DNA from: an uncultured virus (IMG/VR IMGVR_UViG_3300020576_002679)
Taxonomy: Duplodnaviria; Heunggongvirae; Uroviricota; Caudoviricetes
IMG/VR virus record: IMGVR_UViG_3300020576_002679
Reading direction: 5' to 3' (one strand)
DNA: 64,000 nt
Shown here: positions 38,494 to 47,502 of the stretch, piece after piece
How the letters are laid out: every line of letters begins with the position of its first letter
Position numbering within the stretch: position 1 is the first letter of the stretch
Notes under the pieces: generated by a model
What the model was told of the DNA's origin: nothing
Database searches by the model: none
The model's input: only the letters and a program-made list of their open reading frames with translations
Translations under genes and position numbers: made by a program

Positions 38494-38979
38494 ATGGCAA
38501 AAGTTATAACATACAGCAGAACATTCCCCGCTTATCATCCGAAAGCAGGGCAACCGACTTATTTCGTAGAGAAGTTTACAAAGTCAAGAATTTTAATGGG
38601 TGAACGTCCTTGCGATATTCCCGATGAAATATTTTCAGAAGAAATGTATTATATCTGCGACCCTAAGAACCACACTATTCGAGCAGGAAGCCGGTGGAAG
38701 GTTGGCGATAAGTTTAGCCCGCGAGTTTGGAGCGGGAAGCCTTATAAAAGCAAGCAGATAATCATTGCGCCTGACATGGAGATTAAGAAGATTTGGGATT
38801 TTACCATTGACTTAATAAGCCCATCAATTTACTTGAATGGTTTTCGATTAGGCAGCAATAATATTATCGAAATCGCAACCAACGATGGATTAACTGTTGA
38901 TGAACTTTTAGCATGGTTCAAGTTTCCTAAGCCATTCAGCGGGCAAATAATCTGTTGGAACGAAAGCGTAAACTATTAA
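38494..38979 (+). CDS. Hypothetical protein (ASCH/PUA-like)
   Basis: KNHTIR..RWKVGD..WSGKPY..IATNDGL..WF. Confidence 0.55.
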   Translation: MAKVITYSRTFPAYHPKAGQPTYFVEKFTKSRILMGERPCDIPDEIFSEEMYYICDPKNHTIRAGSRWKVGDKFSPRVWSGKPYKSKQIIIAPDMEIKKIWDFTIDLISPSIYLNGFRLGSNNIIEIATNDGLTVDELLAWFKFPKPFSGQIICWNESVNY

Positions 38980-38990
38980 TTTTTTAACCC

Positions 38991-39019
38991 CGTGGAACAT
39001 TAACGTTCCACGTAGAACA
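38991..39019. promoter_or_regulatory. parS-like palindrome / operator
   Basis: CGTTCCACGTAGAACA (39004-39019) is 14/16 to TGTTCCACGTGGAACA; extra half-site CGTGGAACA at 38991. Confidence 0.45.
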
Positions 39020-39026
39020 AACAAAT

Positions 39027-39317
39027 ATGAACATCGGAGAAAGAATCAGAAAAATCAGGGAAGTAATGGGATGGAAGCAAGAAGGTATTGCTCAGGCAAT
39101 GAATACCACCCAACAAAACATTTGTAGCCTAGAAAAGCAAGCACTCCCAACAATGAAAACCGTCACGCAGTTTTGCGCTGCAGTAAATATCCAACCGATA
39201 TACCTCATAAGCGATATCGAGATATCCTCGGAGTCATTGCAAAAATACGGAACGATGAGCTACTCCAGGCTAGTGATAGAACTTCAATACTTACGTTTAA
39301 AAGATGCAACTACATGA
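39027..39317 (+). CDS. XRE-type HTH regulator
   Basis: IGERIRKIREVMGWKQEGIA...QQNICSLEK. Confidence 0.85.
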   Translation: MNIGERIRKIREVMGWKQEGIAQAMNTTQQNICSLEKQALPTMKTVTQFCAAVNIQPIYLISDIEISSESLQKYGTMSYSRLVIELQYLRLKDATT

Positions 39318-39694
39318 AAGTTTACGAATACCATAAGTTCAGGAAGGTGTTACCAAACTACGAGATTGAGTATGATTTCTCAGGCGTAGAAATTGGTGAT
39401 GCAGTTTCCTTTGCCGGCAGTGCGTTATTCGGATCGGGTAAAGTTGTCGAAACAATGTGGCACGGCATGTATTCCGCAGCAGTCTACAAACACGCCATGA
39501 AACTAGGCGATGGCAGTGGTCCCGCAGTTTATTCTGTCCTGCAAGCAGCTATTCCATACGTGCTAGTAGTATTCGCAGAATCCCGCCCGGAAGAAGTTCA
39601 TGGCCTTCGTAGGTTTGACCTAGAAGCACATGAACATAACTTTGCTCGTAATGAAACAATTCCATTCAGAATAAGCCAAATGATAACGCCATGA
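39314..39694 (+). CDS. Hypothetical protein
   Basis: Start MKVYEY at 39314; ATGA overlaps on both sides. Confidence 0.6.
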   Translation: MKVYEYHKFRKVLPNYEIEYDFSGVEIGDAVSFAGSALFGSGKVVETMWHGMYSAAVYKHAMKLGDGSGPAVYSVLQAAIPYVLVVFAESRPEEVHGLRRFDLEAHEHNFARNETIPFRISQMITP

Positions 39695-40452
39695 AAAAGC
39701 CTATAATAGCGGTGTGGTTTTCTTGTGGGGCAGCTTCCGCTGTGGCAGCGTATTTAACGATACAGCAATACCAATCCACGCATGAAATTTTAATTTTTAA
39801 TACTCCGGTAGGAGAAGAGCATCCCGATAACCTAAGATTCAAAAAGGACGTTGAGAAATGGCTAGGCTACCCGATTATAGAAGCCATTAACTCAGACCTG
39901 CAAAGTAATTCAGCGGAAGATATTTGGAAGGAAAGAAAGTATATGGCAGGTGTCAAAGGAGCGCCCTGCACAATGCTATTGAAGAAGGAAGCGCGCTATC
40001 AGGCGGAGGTAAAGTATAATATTGCTTGGCATGTCCTAGGCTTCACTTCGGATGAAAAAAACAGGAGTGATCGCTTTATAAAATTTGAAAGGGAAAACAC
40101 AATCCCGGTTCTGATCAATTCCGGCATGACAAAAAAAGACTGTTTTACTTTCCTAGAAGAACAGGAAATAATACTACCCGAAATATACAAAGTCCTTGAT
40201 AATGCTAATTGTATTGGCTGTGTAAAATCCACTGGAATTGATTACTGGCAAAGAATTAGAAAACATTTTCCTGATGTTTTTGACCGTAGAGCAAAATTAT
40301 CAAGAGAGATAAATTGCAAGTTGATTAGATACAAAGGGAAGCGAATATTTCTTGATGAACTTCCTATAGATGCAGTAGGTAGACGAGGCCATGCGCGCCC
40401 TGAGTGTAGTATTTTTTGCAACAATCCATTAGTAAATAATAAGCCGCTATGA
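39691..40452 (+). CDS. PAPS-reductase-family (adenine nucleotide alpha-hydrolase) protein
   Basis: WFSCGAASAVA PP-loop variant, EHPDNLRF, APCT..LKK, NANCIGCVK, ECSIFC. Confidence 0.75.
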   Translation: MKKPIIAVWFSCGAASAVAAYLTIQQYQSTHEILIFNTPVGEEHPDNLRFKKDVEKWLGYPIIEAINSDLQSNSAEDIWKERKYMAGVKGAPCTMLLKKEARYQAEVKYNIAWHVLGFTSDEKNRSDRFIKFERENTIPVLINSGMTKKDCFTFLEEQEIILPEIYKVLDNANCIGCVKSTGIDYWQRIRKHFPDVFDRRAKLSREINCKLIRYKGKRIFLDELPIDAVGRRGHARPECSIFCNNPLVNNKPL

Positions 40453-41129
40453 AATACGTCAGCTACCTCCGCGTAAGCACTCAAAAGCAGGGGAATTCAG
40501 GCTTAGGACTGGACTCGCAGCGGGATATTATCCACTCGTACATAGCCCGCATGGTTGGTGCAGAATTGATTTCGGAACATATCGAAGTGGAAACCGGCAC
40601 CGCCAAAAAGGAGCGCGTAATCATCCACCAGGCGCTTGCCGAATGTAAACGCACAGGCGCAATTTTGATCGTTGCAAAGCTAGACCGGTTGGCGCGGGAC
40701 GTTCGATTTGTCCTGTCTGTCCTCGACTCAGGAGCGGAGATTGTCTTCTGTGACTTCCCTTCCGGTAATCGCCTGATGATAACCATCATTAGCGCTATCG
40801 CTGAATACGAAGCCCGGTTGATATCGGAACGAACGAAAGCAGCCCTGAATGAAAAGAAGAAGGTAATGAAGCTAGGAAACCCGAATATTCTTACCGCGCA
40901 GATTTCAGGAACCCGCGCAGCGGCAAAGGCTAGGACAGGCGCAATGACCCCAAACAGGAAGAACATGAGCACTATCAAGATGCTCCGCCAGTCAGGTCAC
41001 ACACTACAGGAAATAGCCGATACGCTTAATTCATCGGGGGAGCTTACATCTACCGGGTGCAATTTCACGTCAGGAAGTATTTATAATATTCTAACACGGG
41101 AGAAAAAAAACGAGGAAGCTGCCGTATGA
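40449..41129 (+). CDS. Serine recombinase (resolvase family)
   Basis: YLRVSTQKQ, LIVAKLDRLAR, ISERTKAAL, C-terminal HTH. Confidence 0.92.
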   Translation: MKYVSYLRVSTQKQGNSGLGLDSQRDIIHSYIARMVGAELISEHIEVETGTAKKERVIIHQALAECKRTGAILIVAKLDRLARDVRFVLSVLDSGAEIVFCDFPSGNRLMITIISAIAEYEARLISERTKAALNEKKKVMKLGNPNILTAQISGTRAAAKARTGAMTPNRKNMSTIKMLRQSGHTLQEIADTLNSSGELTSTGCNFTSGSIYNILTREKKNEEAAV

Positions 41130-41500
41130 AAAATTCTAAAAAATTTTTGTGTGCGAACAGGGACCAATTGAGTAATCTACCCCCACCCCCCCCCTCCCGG
41201 ATTCCGAAACCGTTTAATAGAACCCACCCCCCTGCAAATCAAACCCGCAAGTTTTTCGGACCTGCCAAAACCGAAACCAATATCACATCAGGACAAACCA
41301 TTTGCGCTAGCTCTTACGCAGTATCACCCAAGGATAGGGCAAATAGCTCGCAGGAAAGCGTTTCACGCTATGAAAACGTCCGTTTAGGTGACGTGAAATC
41401 GGGCTATTGCCCTGTTGTGTGCATCGCTAGGGGAAATGTTGGGGCAGCAGGTCAGGTAGATTTGCGCGCGCGTTCGCGAGCACTGGAATATCCAGTCAGT
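41130..41500. other. Non-coding C-rich region, putative genome terminus/packaging or res site
   Basis: AAAAATTTTT palindrome, C5-A-C9-T-C3 at 41180-41198, CCCACCCCCC at ~41223; boundary before the early genes. Confidence 0.45.
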
Positions 41501-41541
41501 GCGTTAAATTGCTCTATTTATTCAAGCCAATATGTCAGGTT

Positions 41542-42015
41542 ATGTCATTAAGTCCGATTAAAGTAAAGAAAATGCCATGGAAAGACAGGCGCAAGCAAAC
41601 CATGGAGAAACTAGCAACGCTGTCAGAGTTCCCTGTCTTCGATTTAGAGTTATTTGTCCTGTCCGAGGCTGCATTAGGCGAGGTTTGCGCTAGTTATAGC
41701 TTTGGGCTAGAATTGTGTCGCGCCCTCCGATTACTGCCTGTATTGAACTGGCTAGAAGAAACAGAGGGGTATATCGGGGATATAGCTGTCAGGGTTATTA
41801 CATGCAGGTATGATAGGACGAGGGCAGCCGATATAGATATCCTTTGTCGGTATGGCATCCTAGAGCTAGTATCAGGTAGTGACAAGAGGCGGCAAAGGTC
41901 GAAGACTAATGTGTATCGCATGAGCGCCCAAGGACGCAAGATATACCACACTTACATTTCAACTTACGGTAATCTTCGCGCAGATTTATTACAGAGAATA
42001 CACACCAAGAGGTGA
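41542..42015 (+). CDS. Winged-helix DNA-binding protein (MarR-like wing)
   Basis: LCRYGILELV...DKRR...VYRMSAQGRKIY. Confidence 0.5.
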   Translation: MSLSPIKVKKMPWKDRRKQTMEKLATLSEFPVFDLELFVLSEAALGEVCASYSFGLELCRALRLLPVLNWLEETEGYIGDIAVRVITCRYDRTRAADIDILCRYGILELVSGSDKRRQRSKTNVYRMSAQGRKIYHTYISTYGNLRADLLQRIHTKR

Positions 42016-42023
42016 TGTATTAA

Positions 42024-42079
42024 TGTGGATAACTTTGTTTATAATTAATATGCTTTATAGCAATATAAAGTTATTTTTG
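42024..42079 (+). promoter_or_regulatory. Early promoter with DnaA box and palindromic operator
   Basis: TGTGGATAA (42024-32), CTTTATA-GCAA-TATAAAG, TATTTTTG (42072-79). Confidence 0.6.
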
Positions 42080-42362
42080 TGCGGTATTTCGAGGGCAACA
42101 AAGCCGAGCAAATAATGAAACAACAACACAATTTCACTCTTATTTTTACTACGGTTTTACCAATAGAAATACACTATTATTTCTTCACTTCAAAACATGC
42201 TATTATGCCTATTCAAAAAGCAGTTAAAACTATCGGGTTTTTATCATCACTAATTTGCACCATCGGCTTCGCCTCCATCGCTACTAACCTAGCGCAATGG
42301 ACTATCGTTGTAATGTGTGCTATCGCTTGTTTAATCTATTCACTAACTAAATAACCAACACC

Positions 42363-42770
42363 GTGGCAGATAACAGATTACAACCTATTGAGAAAGTAAA
42401 GAAGGGCGAAATAGTGTGTAAGGTTGGAGGGCGCAAGAACTTCCAAACTGACGGCTATTGCCGCTATGCTAAACGCTACACTATTGACCCATGTGACGGA
42501 GGCAACAGGCAATACCTGAAGAAGGGAACGCTTGTAGATACGTTTGGGAGCGATTACGCAGACAGAGAGGAGGAGCGCAAGCAAATAGTGAGAGAAGAGA
42601 AGGGAAGCGGTTTAACGTATCGCTATAAGGTTTTATTTGGTCAGGACATAGTATTAGCTGAACGCCATGGAGCGCCAGTAAAGAAGTTTATTGTAGATAG
42701 TAGAGAAGAGGGAGTAAGATTTGCTAACCAGTTAAATAAAGCCAATGGAAACGCACAGAACATACACTAA
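42363..42770 (+). CDS. Hypothetical early protein
   Basis: A-rich start context, GTG start. Confidence 0.6.
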   Translation: MADNRLQPIEKVKKGEIVCKVGGRKNFQTDGYCRYAKRYTIDPCDGGNRQYLKKGTLVDTFGSDYADREEERKQIVREEKGSGLTYRYKVLFGQDIVLAERHGAPVKKFIVDSREEGVRFANQLNKANGNAQNIH

Positions 42771-43173
42771 ATTGAAAGCTAAATATCCCGATACTATCGT
42801 CTTAATTGGCGTAGAGAATACCTACCACACTTATGGTGAGGATGCGGAGAACATACATCTAGCGTTAACTGCTATTGGGCGGGAGGACAGCATAACATAT
42901 GCAGATGGTCACGCTTCATGTAATGCTATGGTAATACAACAGAAATTGGGCGAGCTAGTTAAACAAGGTTTGCGCATAGCCCTATGTGAAACGCTACAAA
43001 CACAAGCCGAGTATAAAGCGGCACAGGAAGCAGTAAAGGAATCAGACAAGGCTAAGAAGAAGGAATTTAGGGAGATTGACAACTTACTAGGCGGAAGATT
43101 GACAGCCATGGTAGAGCGTCTAAAATCACAGCCTAAGCAACCAGTTCAGCCGCAATTATCATTATTTCAATAA
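42745..43173 (+). CDS. Stand-alone MutS domain I-like protein
   Basis: YTKLKAKYPDTIVLI..YHTYGEDA...LVKQGLRIALCE; C-terminal QLSLF. Confidence 0.75.
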   Translation: METHRTYTKLKAKYPDTIVLIGVENTYHTYGEDAENIHLALTAIGREDSITYADGHASCNAMVIQQKLGELVKQGLRIALCETLQTQAEYKAAQEAVKESDKAKKKEFREIDNLLGGRLTAMVERLKSQPKQPVQPQLSLFQ

Positions 43174-43192
43174 CCATTAAATAAACAACAAA

Positions 43193-43951
43193 ATGAACAC
43201 AACCGCAACAGAGCAAACACAAGCTACCAAAAGTGTAAAAGCAATTCAGATTCGCGCCCGTATTGAGGGGGAGTCATGGATGATGAGAGGAGGCACATTT
43301 GCCGCCACAACAGAACAGGAGGGAATAGACAAGGCAAAGCAGGTTTTACGCCTGACTGACGAGCGCTATGTTATTACTGCTAAATCTGTTACTGTTTATC
43401 CTTCTGACCTCCGTTTGAGCACAGATGATTACCCTTATGGCAGATTGCGCGCTACTGCTTTCTTTAGTGTAGAATACACAGACAAAGGCGCAAGAACTAT
43501 CTTCCAAACTATCAACCCCAAAAACGGCAGGTTAAACGCTGAGAAGAAGAGCACGTATTCAAAGGTTATTCTTCCAATGATTGACGATAGCACAGGACAT
43601 GCTGATTGGTGCGGCTATCACGATTTTAACGGAGGGCTTGAACTAAATAGTGGCGTTCAATTCATGGCAGACTTTCACGAACTGTTTACAGAGAAGCAGG
43701 TAAAGGATATAGCCGTGACATTGATTGCCATGTATAAGGTGCACACCTACGCATTAGTGCAATACAAGGGGGCAAACTTCGATGCTATCAAGCCGTTAAT
43801 GGAAAATCAGGTGAAGACAGCGGTAGAGATAGCCAACACTGGAAAGAACCTTTGGCTTGATTGCTCCATTGACCTTGATGCACTGGACGCAACCAAGAAC
43901 CAAGACCCGAATTACAGCCCTTTCAAAGTAACCGCTTCCACAACATTATAA
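43193..43951 (+). CDS. Hypothetical early protein
   Basis: 252 aa; DYPYGRLR...QTINPKNGR..KKSTY. Confidence 0.7.
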   Translation: MNTTATEQTQATKSVKAIQIRARIEGESWMMRGGTFAATTEQEGIDKAKQVLRLTDERYVITAKSVTVYPSDLRLSTDDYPYGRLRATAFFSVEYTDKGARTIFQTINPKNGRLNAEKKSTYSKVILPMIDDSTGHADWCGYHDFNGGLELNSGVQFMADFHELFTEKQVKDIAVTLIAMYKVHTYALVQYKGANFDAIKPLMENQVKTAVEIANTGKNLWLDCSIDLDALDATKNQDPNYSPFKVTASTTL

Positions 43952-43972
43952 ACCTCCTAAAACAAACGCAAC

Positions 43973-44473
43973 ATGAACTTACAACAGCAAGTAGTAAAAG
44001 CTATCGAAACAGATGATTCAGCACATCCTGACCATTCATCCGCTCAACTTAAGGCAACATATGAGGGAACCACAGAAGACGGGCGCAAACTGCTTGATTC
44101 TGCCTTTATATCCCTTTGCGGGTATTCTCTCAAAACCCTGATTGAAAAGGGCGGAGAGGATATGATTGAAACAGGGCATGAATTCACCCATGAGCGCAAA
44201 CTGCGTATCACTATTAACCTGAGCGATGAATACGAGCGCGACAACAACAATCTAGGCACTTTTGATATTGAAACAACAGACCTGCCCGAGGTCAGCGCAT
44301 CAGGCAGAATGAGTAACAACCCTGTTAGCGGCAATTTCGAAATAGAGTTCGATGATACAGACGAAGAAGAGGACATCATCCAACAGTTCGACATATACAA
44401 CACGCGCCCTAGTGAGAGCATACAGGACGTGATAGAAATGTATTATATCCAGTCAATCAGCCCTAAACATTAA
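43973..44473 (+). CDS. Hypothetical acidic early protein
   Basis: 166 aa; ISLCGYSLKTL; D/E-rich C-terminal half. Confidence 0.65.
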   Translation: MNLQQQVVKAIETDDSAHPDHSSAQLKATYEGTTEDGRKLLDSAFISLCGYSLKTLIEKGGEDMIETGHEFTHERKLRITINLSDEYERDNNNLGTFDIETTDLPEVSASGRMSNNPVSGNFEIEFDDTDEEEDIIQQFDIYNTRPSESIQDVIEMYYIQSISPKH

Positions 44474-44502
44474 TCTCTTTTTATAACCTAAACCAAATAA
44501 GC

Positions 44503-44778
44503 ATGAAAAAGCTACTAACAACACTATTACTCGCCTTATTCCTCTCTAGCGCAGTAATCGCACAGACACCAGTAAAGAAAGAGGGCAACACATACACAGA
44601 AGTAAGGAAAGTTCCAACCGTAGCAGGGCTAACTAAGAAAGCTACTAAAGACGGCACTAACTTCATAACAGCGACAGGCGATGTTCTACCTGTATGGAAG
44701 TCAGTAAACGGTAAACTGTTTGTTATACGGATATCAGGGAAGACAGGAGAGCCCTACAAGCAGTATATTCAGGAATAG
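44503..44778 (+). CDS. Small secreted protein
   Basis: Signal peptide MKKLLTTLLLALFLSSAVIA|Q. Confidence 0.7.
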   Translation: MKKLLTTLLLALFLSSAVIAQTPVKKEGNTYTEVRKVPTVAGLTKKATKDGTNFITATGDVLPVWKSVNGKLFVIRISGKTGEPYKQYIQE

Positions 44779-44851
44779 AGCGGTAGCAAGTCCGCACAAA
44801 TTGTGAGCACTCCCCGAGAGGGGAGCTAAACAAACTCTAAACGCAACGATT

Positions 44852-45355
44852 ATGAACGCAGAAGAAATCAGAACAGCTATTGAAGCGGGTACCCGTGTAT
44901 TGTATGGTGAGGCATACGAAGTTATTAAGGACAGTAAAAACCAGTTCCTTATTAAGCACCTGTTTGGAAACCATTGCATAGGCTTGACATGGGAGGACAA
45001 CACAACCCTTAACGGACATCCCGACCAGTTCAAACTAGCTAGCGAATCAAAGAGAGCATACTATGTAATCTCAACAGACGGCATGAATACCTTCCACACG
45101 CGCAAAGTGAGCAATCCTGATGAGGTAAAGAGCATACTAGAGGAAAAAGCCCTCCGCCCTGAATGGTATCTATCAGTAAACGATAAGGGGAAGCTAAATG
45201 TTAACCCCGCTGCCCCGCTATTCATTTACGGAGCTCTTACGGCTTGCTTAGTGATAGATGAGGCAAAGAATATCCTTTACAGCGTATGGAATGGCAGTGA
45301 GCACGAATCAGCCCTGAACGAAAGATATTTACGCAACTTCAATCCTGCCGTATGA
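44852..45355 (+). CDS. Hypothetical early protein
   Basis: 167-aa ORF with A-rich start context. Confidence 0.65.
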   Translation: MNAEEIRTAIEAGTRVLYGEAYEVIKDSKNQFLIKHLFGNHCIGLTWEDNTTLNGHPDQFKLASESKRAYYVISTDGMNTFHTRKVSNPDEVKSILEEKALRPEWYLSVNDKGKLNVNPAAPLFIYGALTACLVIDEAKNILYSVWNGSEHESALNERYLRNFNPAV

Positions 45356-45600
45356 TAAGCGAAGCACTCGACATGTTCGAAAAAGGCAAGGTGAATGTAT
45401 TCCTAGGCACTGAGCTAATAGGAAGCTATATCTTTGATGAAACCGTAGATTACTACATGGTGAAACCAACCGGTATATCGGAATGCTGCCCTATCCAGTT
45501 GTGGGAGGATGCAATAGGACACCTACGCGAAACACACGCCATGAGCCAACAAAAGGCACAGGAAGCAACACTATCACGCAATCAAACTTCATTATTCTAA
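45352..45600 (+). CDS. Hypothetical protein
   Basis: ATGA overlap; ends QTSLF. Confidence 0.55.
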   Translation: MISEALDMFEKGKVNVFLGTELIGSYIFDETVDYYMVKPTGISECCPIQLWEDAIGHLRETHAMSQQKAQEATLSRNQTSLF

Positions 45601-45615
45601 CCAAACCGCAACAAA

Positions 45616-45921
45616 ATGAAAAAAAAGAAATTCCCTTCGAACTACTTCGACTCAGACAACACCATCAAGATAGGAGATATTGAGTCAGGTCACCTTCTCC
45701 TAGAAACAGAAACGCTACTCATTCATTTCGGGCTAATGTGGGAAGACAAGAGCAGTGAGTTAACAGAGAACATTTACAGCCTAGAAAAGGTGCGGGACTT
45801 CCTGAATGAAAGCGAAGCCAATAGAAAGCATATCGCGCCCGAAACGATAGCCGAGATTGAGGAACTATACATCGCCATGGCAACGAAAACTATTTCTTAC
45901 ATCAGAATCATTACCATATGA
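45616..45921 (+). CDS. Hypothetical protein
   Basis: A-rich start context. Confidence 0.6.
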   Translation: MKKKKFPSNYFDSDNTIKIGDIESGHLLLETETLLIHFGLMWEDKSSELTENIYSLEKVRDFLNESEANRKHIAPETIAEIEELYIAMATKTISYIRIITI

Positions 45922-46154
45922 AAGCAAAGCTATTCGCATTTAAGCACGTCCTGTATGCCGATAACGGCTATGCTGTATGGCACGTAAAGACAGGTGAGCT
46001 CATCTTCTTTATGAGCGAAGAGGACTATTATCTAATGCAGGTAACCAATACACCGCGTAGGCGATACTTGCGGGAGCAGTTAGCCGCGTTAGGTCCTCCG
46101 CCTAGAGAGTTTACGTCTTCATTCCCTTTTGTTGAACTTGAATATTTACCCTAA
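45918..46154 (+). CDS. Hypothetical protein
   Basis: ATGA overlap. Confidence 0.5.
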   Translation: MKAKLFAFKHVLYADNGYAVWHVKTGELIFFMSEEDYYLMQVTNTPRRRYLREQLAALGPPPREFTSSFPFVELEYLP

Positions 46155-46415
46155 GCCCATGGAAACACAAGAAGAAAAAAGCCATCGCCTACTACGCGAG
46201 GCACTGGAAAGATTGAGAAAAGTAATGAATAACGCCACTAAACGCCCTGCACAAGAAAGTAAATGGACGGGAGGGAGCAGCAAGTATAGAACCGTTGGCG
46301 AAATATTCAGGGAGTCGAAGCTAAAGCGGGAGGGCTTGTGCCGAATACACCGCGGCATATTCCCCTGCACCACAATACCGAATAATGAAGTTATTTACGA
46401 AACAACAGTAAAGCC

Positions 46416-47294
46416 ATGAGCCAAAAGCAAACAGTAATTGATTTTCTTTCCTCCGCCTCTACGCCAAAGAGCATAGAGGAAGTGCATGTAACCACTGGAA
46501 TACTTCGCCCGAATGTAAGACGGATATTAGGGCAGGGAGAGAAAGAAGGAACATTCACCCGAACTGCCAAAGGAGTATACACGGTAACTAGCGATGATGG
46601 AAAGGTGACAGCCTACATAGATTGCGCTGAAGCGGAAAAATCATTACCCGGACTCGTTGAACAGGGCATGAAGTTCAATATGATATTTCTCGACAGCCCG
46701 TATTTCTCCAAAGCTCTCGTAGGCGGGAACAGGGGCATCAAAGAGTATACATTCATCACCCCCGAGCAATTCAGGACGGTATGCGAGTGCGTAACCAAGC
46801 TACTGGCGGACGAGAATAGCCATGTGTATGTAATGCTGTCAGGCGCACCAACAGCACAGGCGGACATGGCACGCTATGTAAATGCGGTAACCGGTGCAGG
46901 CTTGAAACTAGTGAAAGAGGGAGGCTACACGAAAACCTTTGCCGATGGCAAGCCCGTTACTAATGTGAGAGGCGAAACAGCGAAGCCCGAGCGCCTGATG
47001 CTATTCACCCTGTCAGGACAGCCACAAGACGTATGTATCAACTTTGTATCAAAGCGCCCGAAAGGTTACGCTACCGAGAAAGCGAAGGACTTTATCCGCT
47101 CCCTGATAGAGCAGTCAACCAAAGTAGGTGACATGGTTGGTGATTTCTTCGGAGGCAGCGGAGTAACAGCAGAGCAGTCCATCATCATAGGGCGGTCAGT
47201 TTACATTATTGAGAAGTCAATCGAAACAGTAACGAATTACATCAAGCCCCGTGTAGAGGGCGCATTTCTTATTTATAACTTCCTAAACAGCTAA
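46416..47294 (+). CDS. N4/N6 DNA methyltransferase (beta order) with N-terminal winged HTH
   Basis: IFLDSPY (motif IV) precedes TEK and GDFFGGSG (motif I); N-terminal RPNVRRILG..FTRTAKGVY. Confidence 0.85.
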   Translation: MSQKQTVIDFLSSASTPKSIEEVHVTTGILRPNVRRILGQGEKEGTFTRTAKGVYTVTSDDGKVTAYIDCAEAEKSLPGLVEQGMKFNMIFLDSPYFSKALVGGNRGIKEYTFITPEQFRTVCECVTKLLADENSHVYVMLSGAPTAQADMARYVNAVTGAGLKLVKEGGYTKTFADGKPVTNVRGETAKPERLMLFTLSGQPQDVCINFVSKRPKGYATEKAKDFIRSLIEQSTKVGDMVGDFFGGSGVTAEQSIIIGRSVYIIEKSIETVTNYIKPRVEGAFLIYNFLNS

Positions 47295-47502
47295 TTATGG
47301 TAATACTATCCACAGGAGGAGGACAAACCTTTAATAACCTTCACAACATGCGTTGGAACATGCCGCGCAAGATTGCACTAAAGAACCTGCAAACCACAAA
47401 TGCTATTATGATGACAGAGTATCATATGGTGTATGCTAACAGCGTTGACAGGACAAAAGAGGCTACTAAAACCGTTTATATCAGATTTTCAAACAACTAA
47501 CC

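Noticed and set aside
40449..41129. Large serine integrase / prophage att junction
   Set aside because: Protein is only 226 aa with no zinc-ribbon domain, and no host genes or att duplication are visible in the window.
41126..41551. 141-aa ORF with poly-Pro
   Set aside because: The poly-Pro comes from the C tract; the region looks non-coding.
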